Shown here piece by piece: positions 18,126 to 28,735 of a stretch of 64,000 nt of DNA. The number at the start of each line of letters is the position of its first letter. Positions within the stretch are counted from its first letter, which is position 1. The notes beneath the pieces were generated by a model. That model had not been told where the DNA came from and did not search any database. It saw nothing but the letters and a program-made list of their open reading frames with translations. Source of the DNA: a bacterium (lineage in GTDB: Bacteria; UBA8248); contig JAJEJD010000030.1 of NCBI GenBank assembly GCA_022828125.1, forward strand, positions 26,176 to 90,175, given 5' to 3'. The position numbers and the translations under genes are program-made.

Positions 18126-19154
18126 ATGGAAGGTTCATCGAGCAACAAATTTTCCATAAGACGCCTGACCGGGAGCGTAACCAATCGCTTCGGCGTCACG
18201 GCATTGCTCGCCTTGGCCGTCCTCGCGCCTTTCCTGGTCCAGAACGATTACTATATTCAGCTTTGCACGGAGATCCTCATCGCGAGCCTGCTCGCCATCA
18301 GCCTGAATTTTCTCATCGGCTATACCGGCCTCGTCTCCCTGGGCCATGCGGTGTACCTGGGCGTGGGCGCCTACGCCTTCGCCCTGCTGACGAAGAACGT
18401 CTATCCCTCCATGTGGGCCGGACTGATAGCGGCGGGCGCCTCCTGCGCGCTTTTGGCCTGGTTCATGGGCGTTTTCTGCGTGCGTCTGGCGGGGCTTTAT
18501 TTCGCCATGCTGACGCTCGCGTTCTCTCAAGTCGTCTACACCGTCGCCTACTACTGGCGCGACGTCACCGGCGGGGACGACGGGATGCTCGGCATCCCGA
18601 AACCCGAAATCGGGATTCCGGGCGCCTTCAGCATCTCGCTGGAATCGTTCACGAACTTTTATTACTTCGTGCTCATCATCGTGGCGGCTTTGATATTTCT
18701 CGCGTGGAAAATCGCCAACTCCCCCTTCGGCAGGGTGTTGCAGGCCATCCGGGAAAACCCCGAGCGCGTGGAATTCATCGGACTGCCCGTGCACAGGTAT
18801 AAACTCTACGCCTTCATCATCGCAGGCACCCTCGGCGGTTTCGCCGGGGGTCTTTACTCGACTTTTCAGGGCTATATCTCACCCGATCTGCTCTACTGGA
18901 CCCAATCGGGCGAGATCGTTCTGATGACGATCCTGGGCGGCATGTATTCTTTTCTGGGGCCGGCCTTCGGCGCGGGGATGCTCTTGTTCATCCGGGACAC
19001 GGTGTTGAATTTCATGGAGTACTGGAGAATCGTCGTCGGCGGCATTCTGGTGCTCCTGGTCCTGTTCCTCCCCGGCGGAATCCTGGGATTCTTCGAGGGG
19101 TGGGCCTCCCGATTATCGATTGGTGGAAACGATGGCGACGACGCCCGTTCTTGA
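18126..19154 (+). CDS. HAAT-family ABC permease (LivM-like)
   Basis: 342 aa. GYTGLVSLGHAVYLGVGAY motif. Confidence 0.9.
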   Translation: MEGSSSNKFSIRRLTGSVTNRFGVTALLALAVLAPFLVQNDYYIQLCTEILIASLLAISLNFLIGYTGLVSLGHAVYLGVGAYAFALLTKNVYPSMWAGLIAAGASCALLAWFMGVFCVRLAGLYFAMLTLAFSQVVYTVAYYWRDVTGGDDGMLGIPKPEIGIPGAFSISLESFTNFYYFVLIIVAALIFLAWKIANSPFGRVLQAIRENPERVEFIGLPVHRYKLYAFIIAGTLGGFAGGLYSTFQGYISPDLLYWTQSGEIVLMTILGGMYSFLGPAFGAGMLLFIRDTVLNFMEYWRIVVGGILVLLVLFLPGGILGFFEGWASRLSIGGNDGDDARS

Positions 19155-19884
19155 GACCCGGAGTCTCACCAGGTCGTTCGGTTCGCTTCTGGCGGTCAAC
19201 GAGGTGGACTTTCGGGTCCCGGAGGGAGAGTTGTGCGCCGTCATCGGGCCCAACGGGGCGGGAAAGACCACCTTTTTCAACCTGATCTCAGGGAGGCTCG
19301 AGCCGACCTCGGGCGGCGTATTCTTCGAAGGAGAGGACATTACGGGCTTTCCCCCGCACGCGGTGGTGAAAAAAGGGGTGGGCCGTTCTTTCCAGATCAC
19401 GAACATATTCCCCAGGCTTTCGGTTCTGGACAACGTCCGTATCGCCGTCTTGGCGAGACGGGGAAAAACGCTCGATATGTTCTCCCCCATCGAGAAGCAC
19501 ACCGAAGAACAGGACGAGGCGCTCGTGATCCTCGGCGAGGTGGAACTCGAACACAAGGCGCATCACCCCACCACCGAACTCGGCCACGGGGAGAGAAGAA
19601 ACCTGGAACTCGGCATCACCCTCGCGCTCGAACCGCGGCTGATCCTGTTGGACGAGCCGACGGCCGGCATGTCGATCGAGGAGACGTCGAGCACGATAGC
19701 GCTCGTAAAAAAGATATCCGCGGATAAAACGGTCGTCTTCACCGAGCACGACATGAGCGTGGTTTTCTCGATTGCCGACCGCATCTCCGTCCTGCATCAG
19801 GGGAGCATCATCGCAGAGGGAACGCCGGATGAGATTCGAAACGACGAACTCGTTCGCCTCGCCTACCTGGGGGAAGAGGTTTGA
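19132..19884 (+). CDS. HAAT-family ABC ATP-binding protein (LivG-like)
   Basis: Walker A GPNGAGKTT. I prefer the ATG at 19132 over the TTG at 19120. The start overlaps the end of the LivM-like gene. Confidence 0.9.
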   Translation: MATTPVLETRSLTRSFGSLLAVNEVDFRVPEGELCAVIGPNGAGKTTFFNLISGRLEPTSGGVFFEGEDITGFPPHAVVKKGVGRSFQITNIFPRLSVLDNVRIAVLARRGKTLDMFSPIEKHTEEQDEALVILGEVELEHKAHHPTTELGHGERRNLELGITLALEPRLILLDEPTAGMSIEETSSTIALVKKISADKTVVFTEHDMSVVFSIADRISVLHQGSIIAEGTPDEIRNDELVRLAYLGEEV

Positions 19885-20582
19885 TTCTCACCGTCGAGAA
19901 AATCAATACGTTCTACGGGGACAGCCATATCCTGTTCGACGTGGACTTGACCATCGCCGAAGGGGAGGTGGTGAGCCTCCTCGGCAGGAACGGCGCGGGA
20001 AAGACGACGACGCTGCGCTCCATCATGGGACTGACGCCTCTCCGGGCGGGCAGCGTGCGCTGGCTGGGTGAGGAGGTGCAGCGCCTGAAGCCGCATGAGA
20101 TCGCCAGGAAAGGCGTCGGATTCGTGCCCGAGGACAGGAGGATATTCTCCCGTCTGAGCGTGGAGGAGAACCTGGAGATCGGCGCTTTCAAGCTGGAGGG
20201 GCCGAGCGGCTGGACACTTGAGCGGATATATGGTCTTTTCCCCAAACTTGAGCAATTGAAGGCGCACAAGGGAAACGAGCTCAGTGGCGGTGAACAGCAG
20301 ATGCTCGCCATCGCCCGCGCGTTGATGGGGGCGCCCAGGCTCGTCCTGCTCGATGAACCCTCCGAAGGTCTCGCGCCGGCCATCGTGAAGGACGTGGGCG
20401 AGATGATCGGCACGCTCCGGGACGAGGGAATCGCCGTCTTGCTGGTGGAGCAGAACACCCGCTTCGCCTGCCGGCTCTCCGACCGCGTCTACATCATAGA
20501 CAACGGCAGGGTGCGTTTCGGCGGCACGGTGGCCGAGCTCGAAGCGGACGAGGAGTTGAAGTCGCGCTACCTGGCCGTTTGA
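19881..20582 (+). CDS. HAAT-family ABC ATP-binding protein (LivF-like)
   Basis: Walker A GRNGAGKTT, signature LSGGEQQM. TTG start overlapping the upstream stop. Confidence 0.9.
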   Translation: MILTVEKINTFYGDSHILFDVDLTIAEGEVVSLLGRNGAGKTTTLRSIMGLTPLRAGSVRWLGEEVQRLKPHEIARKGVGFVPEDRRIFSRLSVEENLEIGAFKLEGPSGWTLERIYGLFPKLEQLKAHKGNELSGGEQQMLAIARALMGAPRLVLLDEPSEGLAPAIVKDVGEMIGTLRDEGIAVLLVEQNTRFACRLSDRVYIIDNGRVRFGGTVAELEADEELKSRYLAV

Positions 20583-20621
20583 TTTTTATTTTCCCTTAAG
20601 TGGAAACGAGGAGGACTTTGG

Positions 20622-21629
20622 ATGAACTCCCGCGTTGAATTCGGTTTGATCATGGCCCTGACCATCCGGGGGCTCGCCGTCGGAAACTTCGAGGACATGA
20701 AATCGGTGGCACAGGAGGCGGAGCGGCTGGATTTCGATTCGGTGTGGCTTTGCGACCACTTCCTGACGCTCGACCCGAGTTCGTATGCCAAGGATGCCGG
20801 GTTCGAAGACGAGGGGGAGTCGGAAGGCGTCGGTTCGGGCTCCATCCCCCTGCTCGAAACCTGGACGGCCCTCAGCGCCCTCTCCCAGGTGACGACAAAA
20901 CTCCGCCTGGGAACCAGCGTTCTCAGCAACTCCTACCGCATCCCCTCGGTGCTCGCGAAGATGGGCGCCACGCTGGATCACATCAGCGGCGGGCGGCTCG
21001 ACCTGGGCCTCGGCGCGGGCTGGATGCAGGAGGAGTACGAGGCCTACGGCATTCCCTTCCCGAGGGCTTCGGTCCGCATCGCCCAGATGGAAGAGGCGGT
21101 TCAGTTGATCCGCAAGATCTGGACGGAGCCTGACCCCACGTTCGAGGGAGAGCACTACACGATAAAAGGCGCGGTGTGCGATCCACCGCCGGTTCAGAAG
21201 CCCTCGCCCCCGATATGGATCGGCGGGGAGGGGAAGAAGGTGCTTCGCGCCGCGGCGAGGCATGCGGACGGCTTCAACGTGCGCTGGTGGCCGCCGGAGC
21301 GCTATCTCGAACGAAAAGACGAGATCGACGCCAACTGCGCGGAGGCGGGCCGCGACCCCGAAGCGTTCAGGCGTTCCCTGATGTGCCTGCTTTTGCCGAG
21401 CTATGACCGCGCGCGGGTCGAGGCCGAAAAACAGCGATTTGCCGCCATTCCCGAAACGGGTATAATCGCGGGCGAACCCAAGGAATGCGTGGATAAGATG
21501 ATGGAATACGTCGGCGCGGGTGTCAGGCATTTCCTGTATACGATCCCCGACGTTGCCGACATGGATATGCTTCGCCTCGCGGGAGAGGAGATTCTCCCCG
21601 AGGTCAGGAGTCTGTCGAACGGGGGCTGA
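20622..21629 (+). CDS. LLM-class flavin/F420-dependent oxidoreductase
   Basis: 335 aa. GAGGAGG RBS. FDSVWLCDHF, GGRLDLGLGAGW and PPIWIGG segments. Confidence 0.8.
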   Translation: MNSRVEFGLIMALTIRGLAVGNFEDMKSVAQEAERLDFDSVWLCDHFLTLDPSSYAKDAGFEDEGESEGVGSGSIPLLETWTALSALSQVTTKLRLGTSVLSNSYRIPSVLAKMGATLDHISGGRLDLGLGAGWMQEEYEAYGIPFPRASVRIAQMEEAVQLIRKIWTEPDPTFEGEHYTIKGAVCDPPPVQKPSPPIWIGGEGKKVLRAAARHADGFNVRWWPPERYLERKDEIDANCAEAGRDPEAFRRSLMCLLLPSYDRARVEAEKQRFAAIPETGIIAGEPKECVDKMMEYVGAGVRHFLYTIPDVADMDMLRLAGEEILPEVRSLSNGG

Positions 21630-22348
21630 TGCCCTCTCATGAGCAGGGAGATTTTCCAATGAACGAACACCAGGACATGGCCGATTACCTGAAACCCACC
21701 GAATTCATCGATTCGGACAATCCCGACATCGTGTCGAAGGCGGAGGAACTCACCGACGGCTGCGCGGACGAGAAGGAAAAACTCGGCAACATCTATTATT
21801 TCGTCCGCGATTTCCCCTACGACATTCTCGATTCGTTCCGCTACCTCGCCGAGGGGAAGCGCCAGGCGAGCGACGTGCTGAATAACGGCAAGGCGTTCTG
21901 CATGGGCAAGGCCAGCATGTTCGCCGCCCTCTGCCGGGCGTCGGGCATCCCCTCGCGCATCGGCTTCCAGCAGCTTCACTGCCCGGACAAACCGTTCATG
22001 AACGAGGAGGTCGCCAAGATCTGGGGCGACCGCAAGCTGCCGTGGCACTCGCTCGGAGAGGCGTACCTGGACGGCAAGTGGCTCAAGCTGGACGCCACGA
22101 TAGACAAGGAATTCGCCGCGCGAAAAGGGCGGGTATATTCCCAGGAATTCGACGGCGTAAGCGATATTCCCTCCGTGGAAGGCCCCCTCATCAAGGATCT
22201 TCCCAGCCACACGGACTACCCGAAAGACGTGGCCGACTGGTATGAGCAGGTCGCCAAGGACGTCGTCGCTTCCGTGGAGGAAGACGTCGTTCACAAAGAC
22301 GTCCTGAGTGATGAGGAATGGTCCGGCCCCGAGGCGGGGAAGCTATAG
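21629..22348 (+). CDS. Transglutaminase-like (papain-fold) domain protein
   Basis: The Cys in KAFCMGKASMFAALCRASGIPSRI, followed by WHSLGEAYLDGKWLKLDAT, fits the Cys-His-Asp transglutaminase core. Alternative start at 21659. Confidence 0.7.
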   Translation: MPSHEQGDFPMNEHQDMADYLKPTEFIDSDNPDIVSKAEELTDGCADEKEKLGNIYYFVRDFPYDILDSFRYLAEGKRQASDVLNNGKAFCMGKASMFAALCRASGIPSRIGFQQLHCPDKPFMNEEVAKIWGDRKLPWHSLGEAYLDGKWLKLDATIDKEFAARKGRVYSQEFDGVSDIPSVEGPLIKDLPSHTDYPKDVADWYEQVAKDVVASVEEDVVHKDVLSDEEWSGPEAGKL

Positions 22349-22408
22349 AGCCGGTCACCTCTATGGGGGCGTCTGGTCGATACGTTCTTTCAACCAAAGG
22401 AGCTTTTG

Positions 22409-23917
22409 ATGTCTGGTAGTCTTGTGAAGGTAACCGAGTTTCCGCTCACCCAGGAGGTGGAGCAGCAATTCATCGACGGGAACTGGGTGAAAGGCGAGCG
22501 CGGCGAGCCGATAGACGTGTTCAATCCCTCGAACAACGAGACGATATTCCAGTTGTTCCCGGCATCTGACGCGCAGGTAGACGAGGCCGTCGCCTCCTGC
22601 TGGCGGGCGTTCCGAGATCCGTCATGGAGCAAGATGCCCGCCCTCGAGCGCGGAAAACTGATTACGAAGCTCGCCGGCCTGATGCGCGAGCACGCGGAAA
22701 CCCTCGCGAGGCTGGAAGCCATCAACACGGGCATCCCCATCAAGGAGAGCCGCCTGGAATCCGCCTCCTCCGCGCGCCATTTCGAGTATTTCGCCGGATG
22801 GGCCGGAAAAGTCGAGGGCAGCGCGCAGCCCCTCATGAACGACAGGCTCATGTATTCGACGAGAGAGCCCCTGGGCGTCGTGGCCATCATCGTTCCCTGG
22901 AACACCCCGCTCAAGCTCATGTCCCGGGGGCTGGCCGCCGCGCTCGCCTGCGGCAACACGGTGGTCATCAAGCCCTCCGCCGTCGCCCTGGCCTCGGTGC
23001 TGTATTTTGGAAAACTGGTCGAAGAGGCCGGCTTCCCGCCGGGGGTGATCAACATCGTCGCCGGTTCGGGGCGCTCGACGGGCGCCAAAATCGTGGGCCA
23101 TCCGGATATCCGGAAAATCGTCTTCACGGGCGGCACGGAGGGCGGCCTGGAAGTCTTGGGGCTCGCCGCCACGAACGTGACGCCCGTACTGGCGGAGCTT
23201 GGCGGCAAGGGCCCCATCATCGTTTGTGAAGACGCCGATCTCGATGAGGCCGCCGACGGCGTCATGAGCCAGGTGTTCGCCCGCCAGGGCGAGGTCTGTT
23301 TCGCAGGCACCCGCCTGTTCCTCCCGCCTTCCATACACGATGCGTTCGTCGAGAAGATTAAAGAGCGCGTCGAGGGAATCAACGTGGGCGACGCCATGGA
23401 TGAAGATACCGATATGGGGCCGCTCATCTCCCCCGGTCATCTCGCAGACGTCGTCGGCTACGTCGAATCGGCGGTCGGTGACGGGGCCGGCGTCGCCTGC
23501 GGTGGCGACCGCGCAAAGCCCGAAGGGGGGCCTGAGGGAAATTTCATGCAGCCCACGGTGCTCACGGGCGTGAACCAGGGGATGGAGGCGGCGTGTGAGG
23601 AGATTTTCGGCCCGGTTCTCACCGTCCATGAATACGAATCTCTCGACGACGCGGTTCGCGACGCCAACGCCACGGACTTCGGTCTGGCGAGCTACGTCTG
23701 GACGAGCGACCTGCGCCGGGCGCATCGCCTCGCTCAGGAGCTAGACTGCGGAAACGTGTTCATCAACACCTACCGCTACGGCTCGGAGATTCCTTTCGGC
23801 GGCGTGAAGAAAAGCGGCATCGGCAGGGAGCATGGCGAGGAGGCGCTGCGCGAGTACACCCAGGTGAAAAGCGTCTGCATCGGCCTGTCGAGATGGCATT
23901 CCTGGAATCGGGATTAA
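22409..23917 (+). CDS. NAD(P)-dependent aldehyde dehydrogenase
   Basis: ELGGKGP and catalytic-Cys region GEVCFAGTRLF. ATG at 22409 (the track start 22406 is TTG) with an AAAGGAG RBS. Confidence 0.9.
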   Translation: MSGSLVKVTEFPLTQEVEQQFIDGNWVKGERGEPIDVFNPSNNETIFQLFPASDAQVDEAVASCWRAFRDPSWSKMPALERGKLITKLAGLMREHAETLARLEAINTGIPIKESRLESASSARHFEYFAGWAGKVEGSAQPLMNDRLMYSTREPLGVVAIIVPWNTPLKLMSRGLAAALACGNTVVIKPSAVALASVLYFGKLVEEAGFPPGVINIVAGSGRSTGAKIVGHPDIRKIVFTGGTEGGLEVLGLAATNVTPVLAELGGKGPIIVCEDADLDEAADGVMSQVFARQGEVCFAGTRLFLPPSIHDAFVEKIKERVEGINVGDAMDEDTDMGPLISPGHLADVVGYVESAVGDGAGVACGGDRAKPEGGPEGNFMQPTVLTGVNQGMEAACEEIFGPVLTVHEYESLDDAVRDANATDFGLASYVWTSDLRRAHRLAQELDCGNVFINTYRYGSEIPFGGVKKSGIGREHGEEALREYTQVKSVCIGLSRWHSWNRD

Positions 23918-23982
23918 AACGGCATCATGAATTTCGAGAATTTTCTCAGTGCACTTTAAGCGAATCTTAAGGAGGAAACACC

Positions 23983-24942
23983 ATGAAGAAGTTCTTGCTG
24001 GTTTTCGCACTCGCCTTCGTCGTCGCGGCGGTGTCGGCAGCGCCCGTCTCAGCGGCCTATCCGACGAAGCCCGTCGAGATGACCATCACCTTCAAGGCCG
24101 GCGGGGCGGCGGACATCTCCGGCCGCACCGTGGCGAAAGCGGCCGAGAAAGTGTTCGGGCAGCCCATCGTCGCCGTGAACCGTCCGGGTGCGGGCGGAAC
24201 CATCGGCTTCGCCTACGTCAAGACCGCGCCTGCCGACGGGTACAAGATCGGCTGGCTTTCGGCCTCGATCCTGACCGGCACGACCATGGGGCGCCTGCCC
24301 TATGACTACCGCGCCTGGGATTACGTTTCCCGCCTGGTGTTCGAGGGGACGGCCATCGTCGTCCGGGGCGATTCCCCCTATAAGTCGCTGCCCGATCTCG
24401 TGAAGGCGGCCAAATCGAAGACGCTCAAGATCGGTAGCGCAGGTTCGGGTAGCTTCACGCGGCTCACGGCTTCGGCGCTCTCCCAAAAGGCAGGCTTCAA
24501 GTTTCGTCACGTCCCCCTGGGCAAGCGCCGCGTGCCCAGCCTCCTGGGCGGCGAGGTAGACGCGATTTCCGTCCATCCGCCCGAGGTCCTGGCCCTTCAC
24601 AAGGCGGGCAAGGTCCGCATGCTGGCCGTCTCTTTCCCGAAGCGCCATCCGGCCTATCCCAAGGTTCCCCTGTTCAGCGAGCACGGGTGGGACGTCGGTT
24701 TTTACCAGTTCCGTGGTCTGCACGTTCCCAAGGGAACGCCCAAGGAAGCGGTTCAAGCGCTCCACAAGGCGTTCGCGGCGGCCGCCAAGGATCCGAAAGT
24801 CCTGGCCACCGCCGAGAAGCGGGGTTTCCTGGTCTCCTACATGGGGCCGGACAAGTTCCCGGCCTTCGTGGCTGAGCAGAACGCCCTGATCAAGAAAATC
24901 GTCGTATCCTTGGGTCTGGATAAGAAGAAAAAGAAGAAATAA
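23983..24942 (+). CDS. tctC: TctC/Bug-family substrate-binding protein, locus 2
   Basis: 319 aa. AAGGAGG RBS and signal peptide. YPTKPVEMTITFKAGGAADI. Confidence 0.9.
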   Translation: MKKFLLVFALAFVVAAVSAAPVSAAYPTKPVEMTITFKAGGAADISGRTVAKAAEKVFGQPIVAVNRPGAGGTIGFAYVKTAPADGYKIGWLSASILTGTTMGRLPYDYRAWDYVSRLVFEGTAIVVRGDSPYKSLPDLVKAAKSKTLKIGSAGSGSFTRLTASALSQKAGFKFRHVPLGKRRVPSLLGGEVDAISVHPPEVLALHKAGKVRMLAVSFPKRHPAYPKVPLFSEHGWDVGFYQFRGLHVPKGTPKEAVQALHKAFAAAAKDPKVLATAEKRGFLVSYMGPDKFPAFVAEQNALIKKIVVSLGLDKKKKKK

Positions 24943-24990
24943 ACTTCTGAATCGTGTCGAGGACGAAAAGCCACAAGGGATCGGGTTTTC

Positions 24991-25476
24991 ATGACGGAGG
25001 AGAGTAAAAAAATCAGCCTGAGCATCGGACGCCTCGCCGTTCCGATCCTCCTGGTGGTTTTTTACGTCTGGTACGGTTCGCTGATTCTGGAGTTGCCCCA
25101 GGGGCCTGGAGAAGAAGGTCCCCTGGGGCCTTCTTTTGTCCCCTGGCTCTGGGCATCGCTGCTCATCGTTCTGACAGTGGTTGAAATCGCGACGGGCTAC
25201 CTGGGCAAGGCTCAAGAGAATGCGCACACCTCTATAGAGCGCAAGGGCGTACTCGAAGCCCTGATCCTGTGCCTCCTGCTGGCGGGCTTCGCGATCTTGA
25301 TGCAGTATGTCGGCTTCTCCGCCTCGGTCATCGCGTTTCTCGCCGTCTCCATCTGGTGGAGCGGAATCCGCTCCTGGAAGATCATCATCCCCTACGTCGT
25401 CATCTTCGCCCTGGTGGTGAACTACGTCTTTCACCACGTGCTCAAGGTTCCCCTGCCCCAGGACTGGCTCTTCTAA
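24991..25476 (+). CDS. tctB: TctB-family small membrane protein, locus 2
   Basis: 161 aa hydrophobic protein between tctC and tctA. Confidence 0.7.
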   Translation: MTEESKKISLSIGRLAVPILLVVFYVWYGSLILELPQGPGEEGPLGPSFVPWLWASLLIVLTVVEIATGYLGKAQENAHTSIERKGVLEALILCLLLAGFAILMQYVGFSASVIAFLAVSIWWSGIRSWKIIIPYVVIFALVVNYVFHHVLKVPLPQDWLF

Positions 25477-25477
25477 A

Positions 25478-26968
25478 ATGAACCTCCTGGTGGACGGCCT
25501 CGTCCAGGCCCTGGCGTGGAAGCCTCTTCTGTTCGCCGTTTTGGGCAGCTTTATGGGCATCATCTTTGCGGCCATTCCGGGCCTCACGGTGAGCATGGGC
25601 ATCATTCTCCTGCTGCCCTTCACCTTTCACATGGCGAGCGTCACGTCGATGAGTCTTCTGGTGGGCGTTTTCGTCGGCGGGATGACGGGGGGCAGCATCT
25701 CGTCCATTCTCCTCAACATTCCCGGCAATCCCGCCGCCATCGTCACGAGCCTGGATGGACACCCGCTCGCCCGGAAAGGCCGGGCGGGCGTTGCGCTGGG
25801 CGTGGCTTTTTTCTCGAGCTTTCTGGGCGGGCTGTTCAGCCTTATCTGCCTGATTACCATCGCGCCGCAACTGGCGGAATTCGCACTGAATTTCGGTGCG
25901 CCCGAACTGGCGGCGCTGGTCCTGCTGGGGCTTTGCCTCATCTGCGGATTCGCGCAAACCTCGATGAGCAAGGCGCTCATCTCGGGCGTTTTGGGCTTGA
26001 GTTTTTCCACCGTCGGCATGGACCCCATCGATTCGATACCGCGCTTCACGTTCTCGGTCGTACAGATTCAGCAGGGCGTTTCTTTTCTGCCGGTGATGAT
26101 AGGGCTTTTCGCGGTGCCCGAGATCATCTCGGGCATGCGAGGCTCCGCCGTTTCCCTGCCGGATTTTTCCACGCGTCTGCGCGACCTCTTGCCATCGCCG
26201 GGAACCCTGGCTGGCCTCTGGAAGACGCTCGCGCAATCCTCACTCATCGGGACCACCATCGGATTGCTGCCGGGTACAGGGAGCGCCGTCGCCGCCGTGC
26301 TGAGCTACAACACGGCGCAGCGACGCTCGACTGATCCCGAATCGTTCGGGAAAGGGAAGCTCGAGGGCGTATCCGCGCCCGAGGCCGCCAACAGCGCCAT
26401 GACCGGCGGCGCGATGATCCCGATGCTCACGCTGGGTATCCCCGGCGACCCCGTCACCGCCGTCATGCTCGGCGCGCTCACCATCCAGGGGCTCGCGCCG
26501 GGGCCTCTCCTGTTCGAGAGCCACGGCGGTTTCGTGTTCTCCATATTCGGGTCTTTTTTCATCGCGCTCTTCCTGACCATCGTCATCGCGCTGCTGGGCA
26601 TCCGCCTGTTCGTCCAGGTGCTACGCGTGCCGCCCGGGCTGCTTTTCCCGAGCATCGCGGTGTTCTGCGTCATCGGCGCGTTCGCGCTTCAGAACAGCTT
26701 TTTCGACGTGTTCCTGATGATTGGTTTCGGATTGCTGGGCTATTTCATGCAGAAGTTCGACTATCCCATCATGCCCTTGCTCCTGGCGATCATCCTGGGT
26801 CCGGTGTTCGAGAAAAACGCCCGGATGTCGCTCATCCTCTCGGACGGCGACCCCGGCATCTTCTTCCGAAAGCCGATCAGCCTGGTGTTTCTGGCCCTGG
26901 CCTTGCTCTATCTCATCAGCGTTTTTCTGAAGAGGACTTCCCTTTTTCGAAAACCGGGTTCCGCCTGA
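25478..26968 (+). CDS. tctA: TctA-family large permease, locus 2
   Basis: 496 aa, colinear similarity to 14065-15573 (LNIPG.P, TLGIPGDP). Confidence 0.9.
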   Translation: MNLLVDGLVQALAWKPLLFAVLGSFMGIIFAAIPGLTVSMGIILLLPFTFHMASVTSMSLLVGVFVGGMTGGSISSILLNIPGNPAAIVTSLDGHPLARKGRAGVALGVAFFSSFLGGLFSLICLITIAPQLAEFALNFGAPELAALVLLGLCLICGFAQTSMSKALISGVLGLSFSTVGMDPIDSIPRFTFSVVQIQQGVSFLPVMIGLFAVPEIISGMRGSAVSLPDFSTRLRDLLPSPGTLAGLWKTLAQSSLIGTTIGLLPGTGSAVAAVLSYNTAQRRSTDPESFGKGKLEGVSAPEAANSAMTGGAMIPMLTLGIPGDPVTAVMLGALTIQGLAPGPLLFESHGGFVFSIFGSFFIALFLTIVIALLGIRLFVQVLRVPPGLLFPSIAVFCVIGAFALQNSFFDVFLMIGFGLLGYFMQKFDYPIMPLLLAIILGPVFEKNARMSLILSDGDPGIFFRKPISLVFLALALLYLISVFLKRTSLFRKPGSA

Positions 26969-27298
26969 GCCTCCGTTTCCATTCGGTGCGCGACGGCGGT
27001 AGCGCGATGTTGGTCTGATTGCAAGTATAACTTTCAATATTGCACAATAGATGTATCGCCTGTATCGATGCCGTATTGTATCCTGCCGTTGGTTCCGGTT
27101 TCGTGAAAAGCCCTCCGGGAGGTGCGCCGGGCGGGCGATTGCACGGGCGGGAGGCACGAAGGTTTCGGGACCGCTCGACGGAAATAGAGGATTTGAGCGG
27201 CCTGAAGGCTTTTGCGAGATCCAAAAGGAAACCGTGGAGAAGAAAAACGGGATAAACGCCGGTGAGCCTTATTGAAGGAAAAAGGGGAGCGTCCAACC

Positions 27299-28435
27299 AT
27301 GAAGCGAAGCACGGAGAGAATACTCACGACCCACACGGGGAGCCTGCCGCGTCCCCAGGAGGTAGTCGATTTGCTGCTGGCCCAGGAGGAGGGCGCGGCG
27401 GATTCAGGTGATTTCGATGCCGCCGTGGCGCGCGCCATAGAAGACGTCGTGGAGAAACAGGCGACGGCGGGCGTCGACGTCATCAACGACGGCGAGCAGG
27501 GCCGGCCCGATTACACCTCCCACGTCAAGCACAGGTTGACGGGCTACGATGGGCCGAGTTCGCCCCCGCTCGGCACGGGCGAGGAGGGTTTTCCCGAACT
27601 GTCCGAAATACTCTCTCAATTCGCATCTCCCCTTCAGAACAGACCGGCCTGTTCCGGCCCCGTGGACTGGAAGGACTGGCCCGCCGCCCAGGTGGACATC
27701 GAGCGCGCGCAGAGCGTCCTCGGGCGCGTCGACGCGGAAGAGGCGTTCATGACCTCCCCCTCGCCGGGTCAGATTTCGCGCTATCTCAGGAACCTCTACT
27801 ATGAGACTGAAGAAGAATACATATTCGCGCTCGCGGACGTGATGCGCCGCGAGTACGAGGCGATTGTGGATGCGGGGCTCCTCCTGCAGCTCGACTGCCC
27901 CGACCTCGCACTCAGCCGCCACACCGTGTTTCGCGATTTGAGCCTCGAGGATTTCCGCAAGGAAATCGAGATGCACGTCGAAGCCCTGAACCACGCGGTG
28001 CGGAATATTGCGCCCGATCGCATGCGCATGCACATCTGCTGGGGCAGCACGCTGGGGCCGCACCATGAGGACGTTCCGATCAAGGACATCATCGACATCG
28101 TCTTGAAGGGGAAACCCTGCGCCGTCTCGTTCCCCGGCGCGAACCCCCGCCACGGCCATGAGTGGAAGGTATGGCGCGAAGTCGACTTGCCGGAGGGCAA
28201 GAGCATCATCCCCGGCGTGATCGACTCGACGTCCAACTTCGTGGAGCATCCCGAACTGGTGGCCGAGCGCATCGTGAACTACGCCGAGGCGGTGGGGCGC
28301 GAGAACGTCATCGCCGGCGTCGATTGCGGCTTCGGCACCTTCGCCGGCCGGGTTCAGGTGGACCGCCGCATCGTGTGGATGAAGATGGCCGCCCTCGCCG
28401 AGGGCGCAGCCCTGGCTTCGAAACAGCTCTGGTAG
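27299..28435 (+). CDS. Cobalamin-independent methionine synthase C-terminal-like (MetE/UROD-fold) protein, stand-alone
   Basis: 378 aa from the ATG at 27299 (AAAAGGGGAG RBS). THTGSLPRP N-terminus and CWG...H / DCGF segments. Paralogue of 51867-53000. Confidence 0.75.
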   Translation: MKRSTERILTTHTGSLPRPQEVVDLLLAQEEGAADSGDFDAAVARAIEDVVEKQATAGVDVINDGEQGRPDYTSHVKHRLTGYDGPSSPPLGTGEEGFPELSEILSQFASPLQNRPACSGPVDWKDWPAAQVDIERAQSVLGRVDAEEAFMTSPSPGQISRYLRNLYYETEEEYIFALADVMRREYEAIVDAGLLLQLDCPDLALSRHTVFRDLSLEDFRKEIEMHVEALNHAVRNIAPDRMRMHICWGSTLGPHHEDVPIKDIIDIVLKGKPCAVSFPGANPRHGHEWKVWREVDLPEGKSIIPGVIDSTSNFVEHPELVAERIVNYAEAVGRENVIAGVDCGFGTFAGRVQVDRRIVWMKMAALAEGAALASKQLW

Positions 28436-28687
28436 GGCGGAGAAGCGCGGTCGTTCCCGATAGGTGTTTTATACCTCGGGAACGGCGATTCCCCCTCTTG
28501 ATTCACGCCCGCAAGGGAAGTTGCGTCTTCGTTGCCGAGCTGATGGAAAACGCCATTTTTCTCGAAAATAAGCCGGCTCTATAGATCACCCCCTCCAGCG
28601 AGCCCCCGCTGCACAGAAAATCCTTGCTGCCCAAACGACGTTTGTTGCCAAAAACGCTAATTTTTTCTAAAAAATGCGCATTTTTCG

Positions 28688-28715
28688 TTGACAAAATCAA
28701 AAAATGGCCTATATA
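28688..28715 (+). promoter_or_regulatory. Near-consensus sigma70 promoter for hsp20
   Basis: TTGACA (28688-28693), 16-nt spacer, TATATA (28710-28715), in an AT-rich region about 120 nt upstream of the hsp20 ATG. Confidence 0.45.
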
Positions 28716-28735
28716 TAAAGTGTAATACATATGAT

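Noticed and set aside
27052-27083. TGTATCG direct repeats (27052 and 27061) and the ATTGCA repeats upstream of the MetE-like gene, considered as an operator.
   Set aside because: They are short, with 9-bp non-helical spacing and no second occurrence elsewhere in the window. This is too weak to call.
28453-28483. Hairpin GTTCCCGA-N15-TCGGGAAC after the MetE-like gene, considered as a terminator.
   Set aside because: The loop is long (15 nt) and no T tract follows. The evidence is insufficient.
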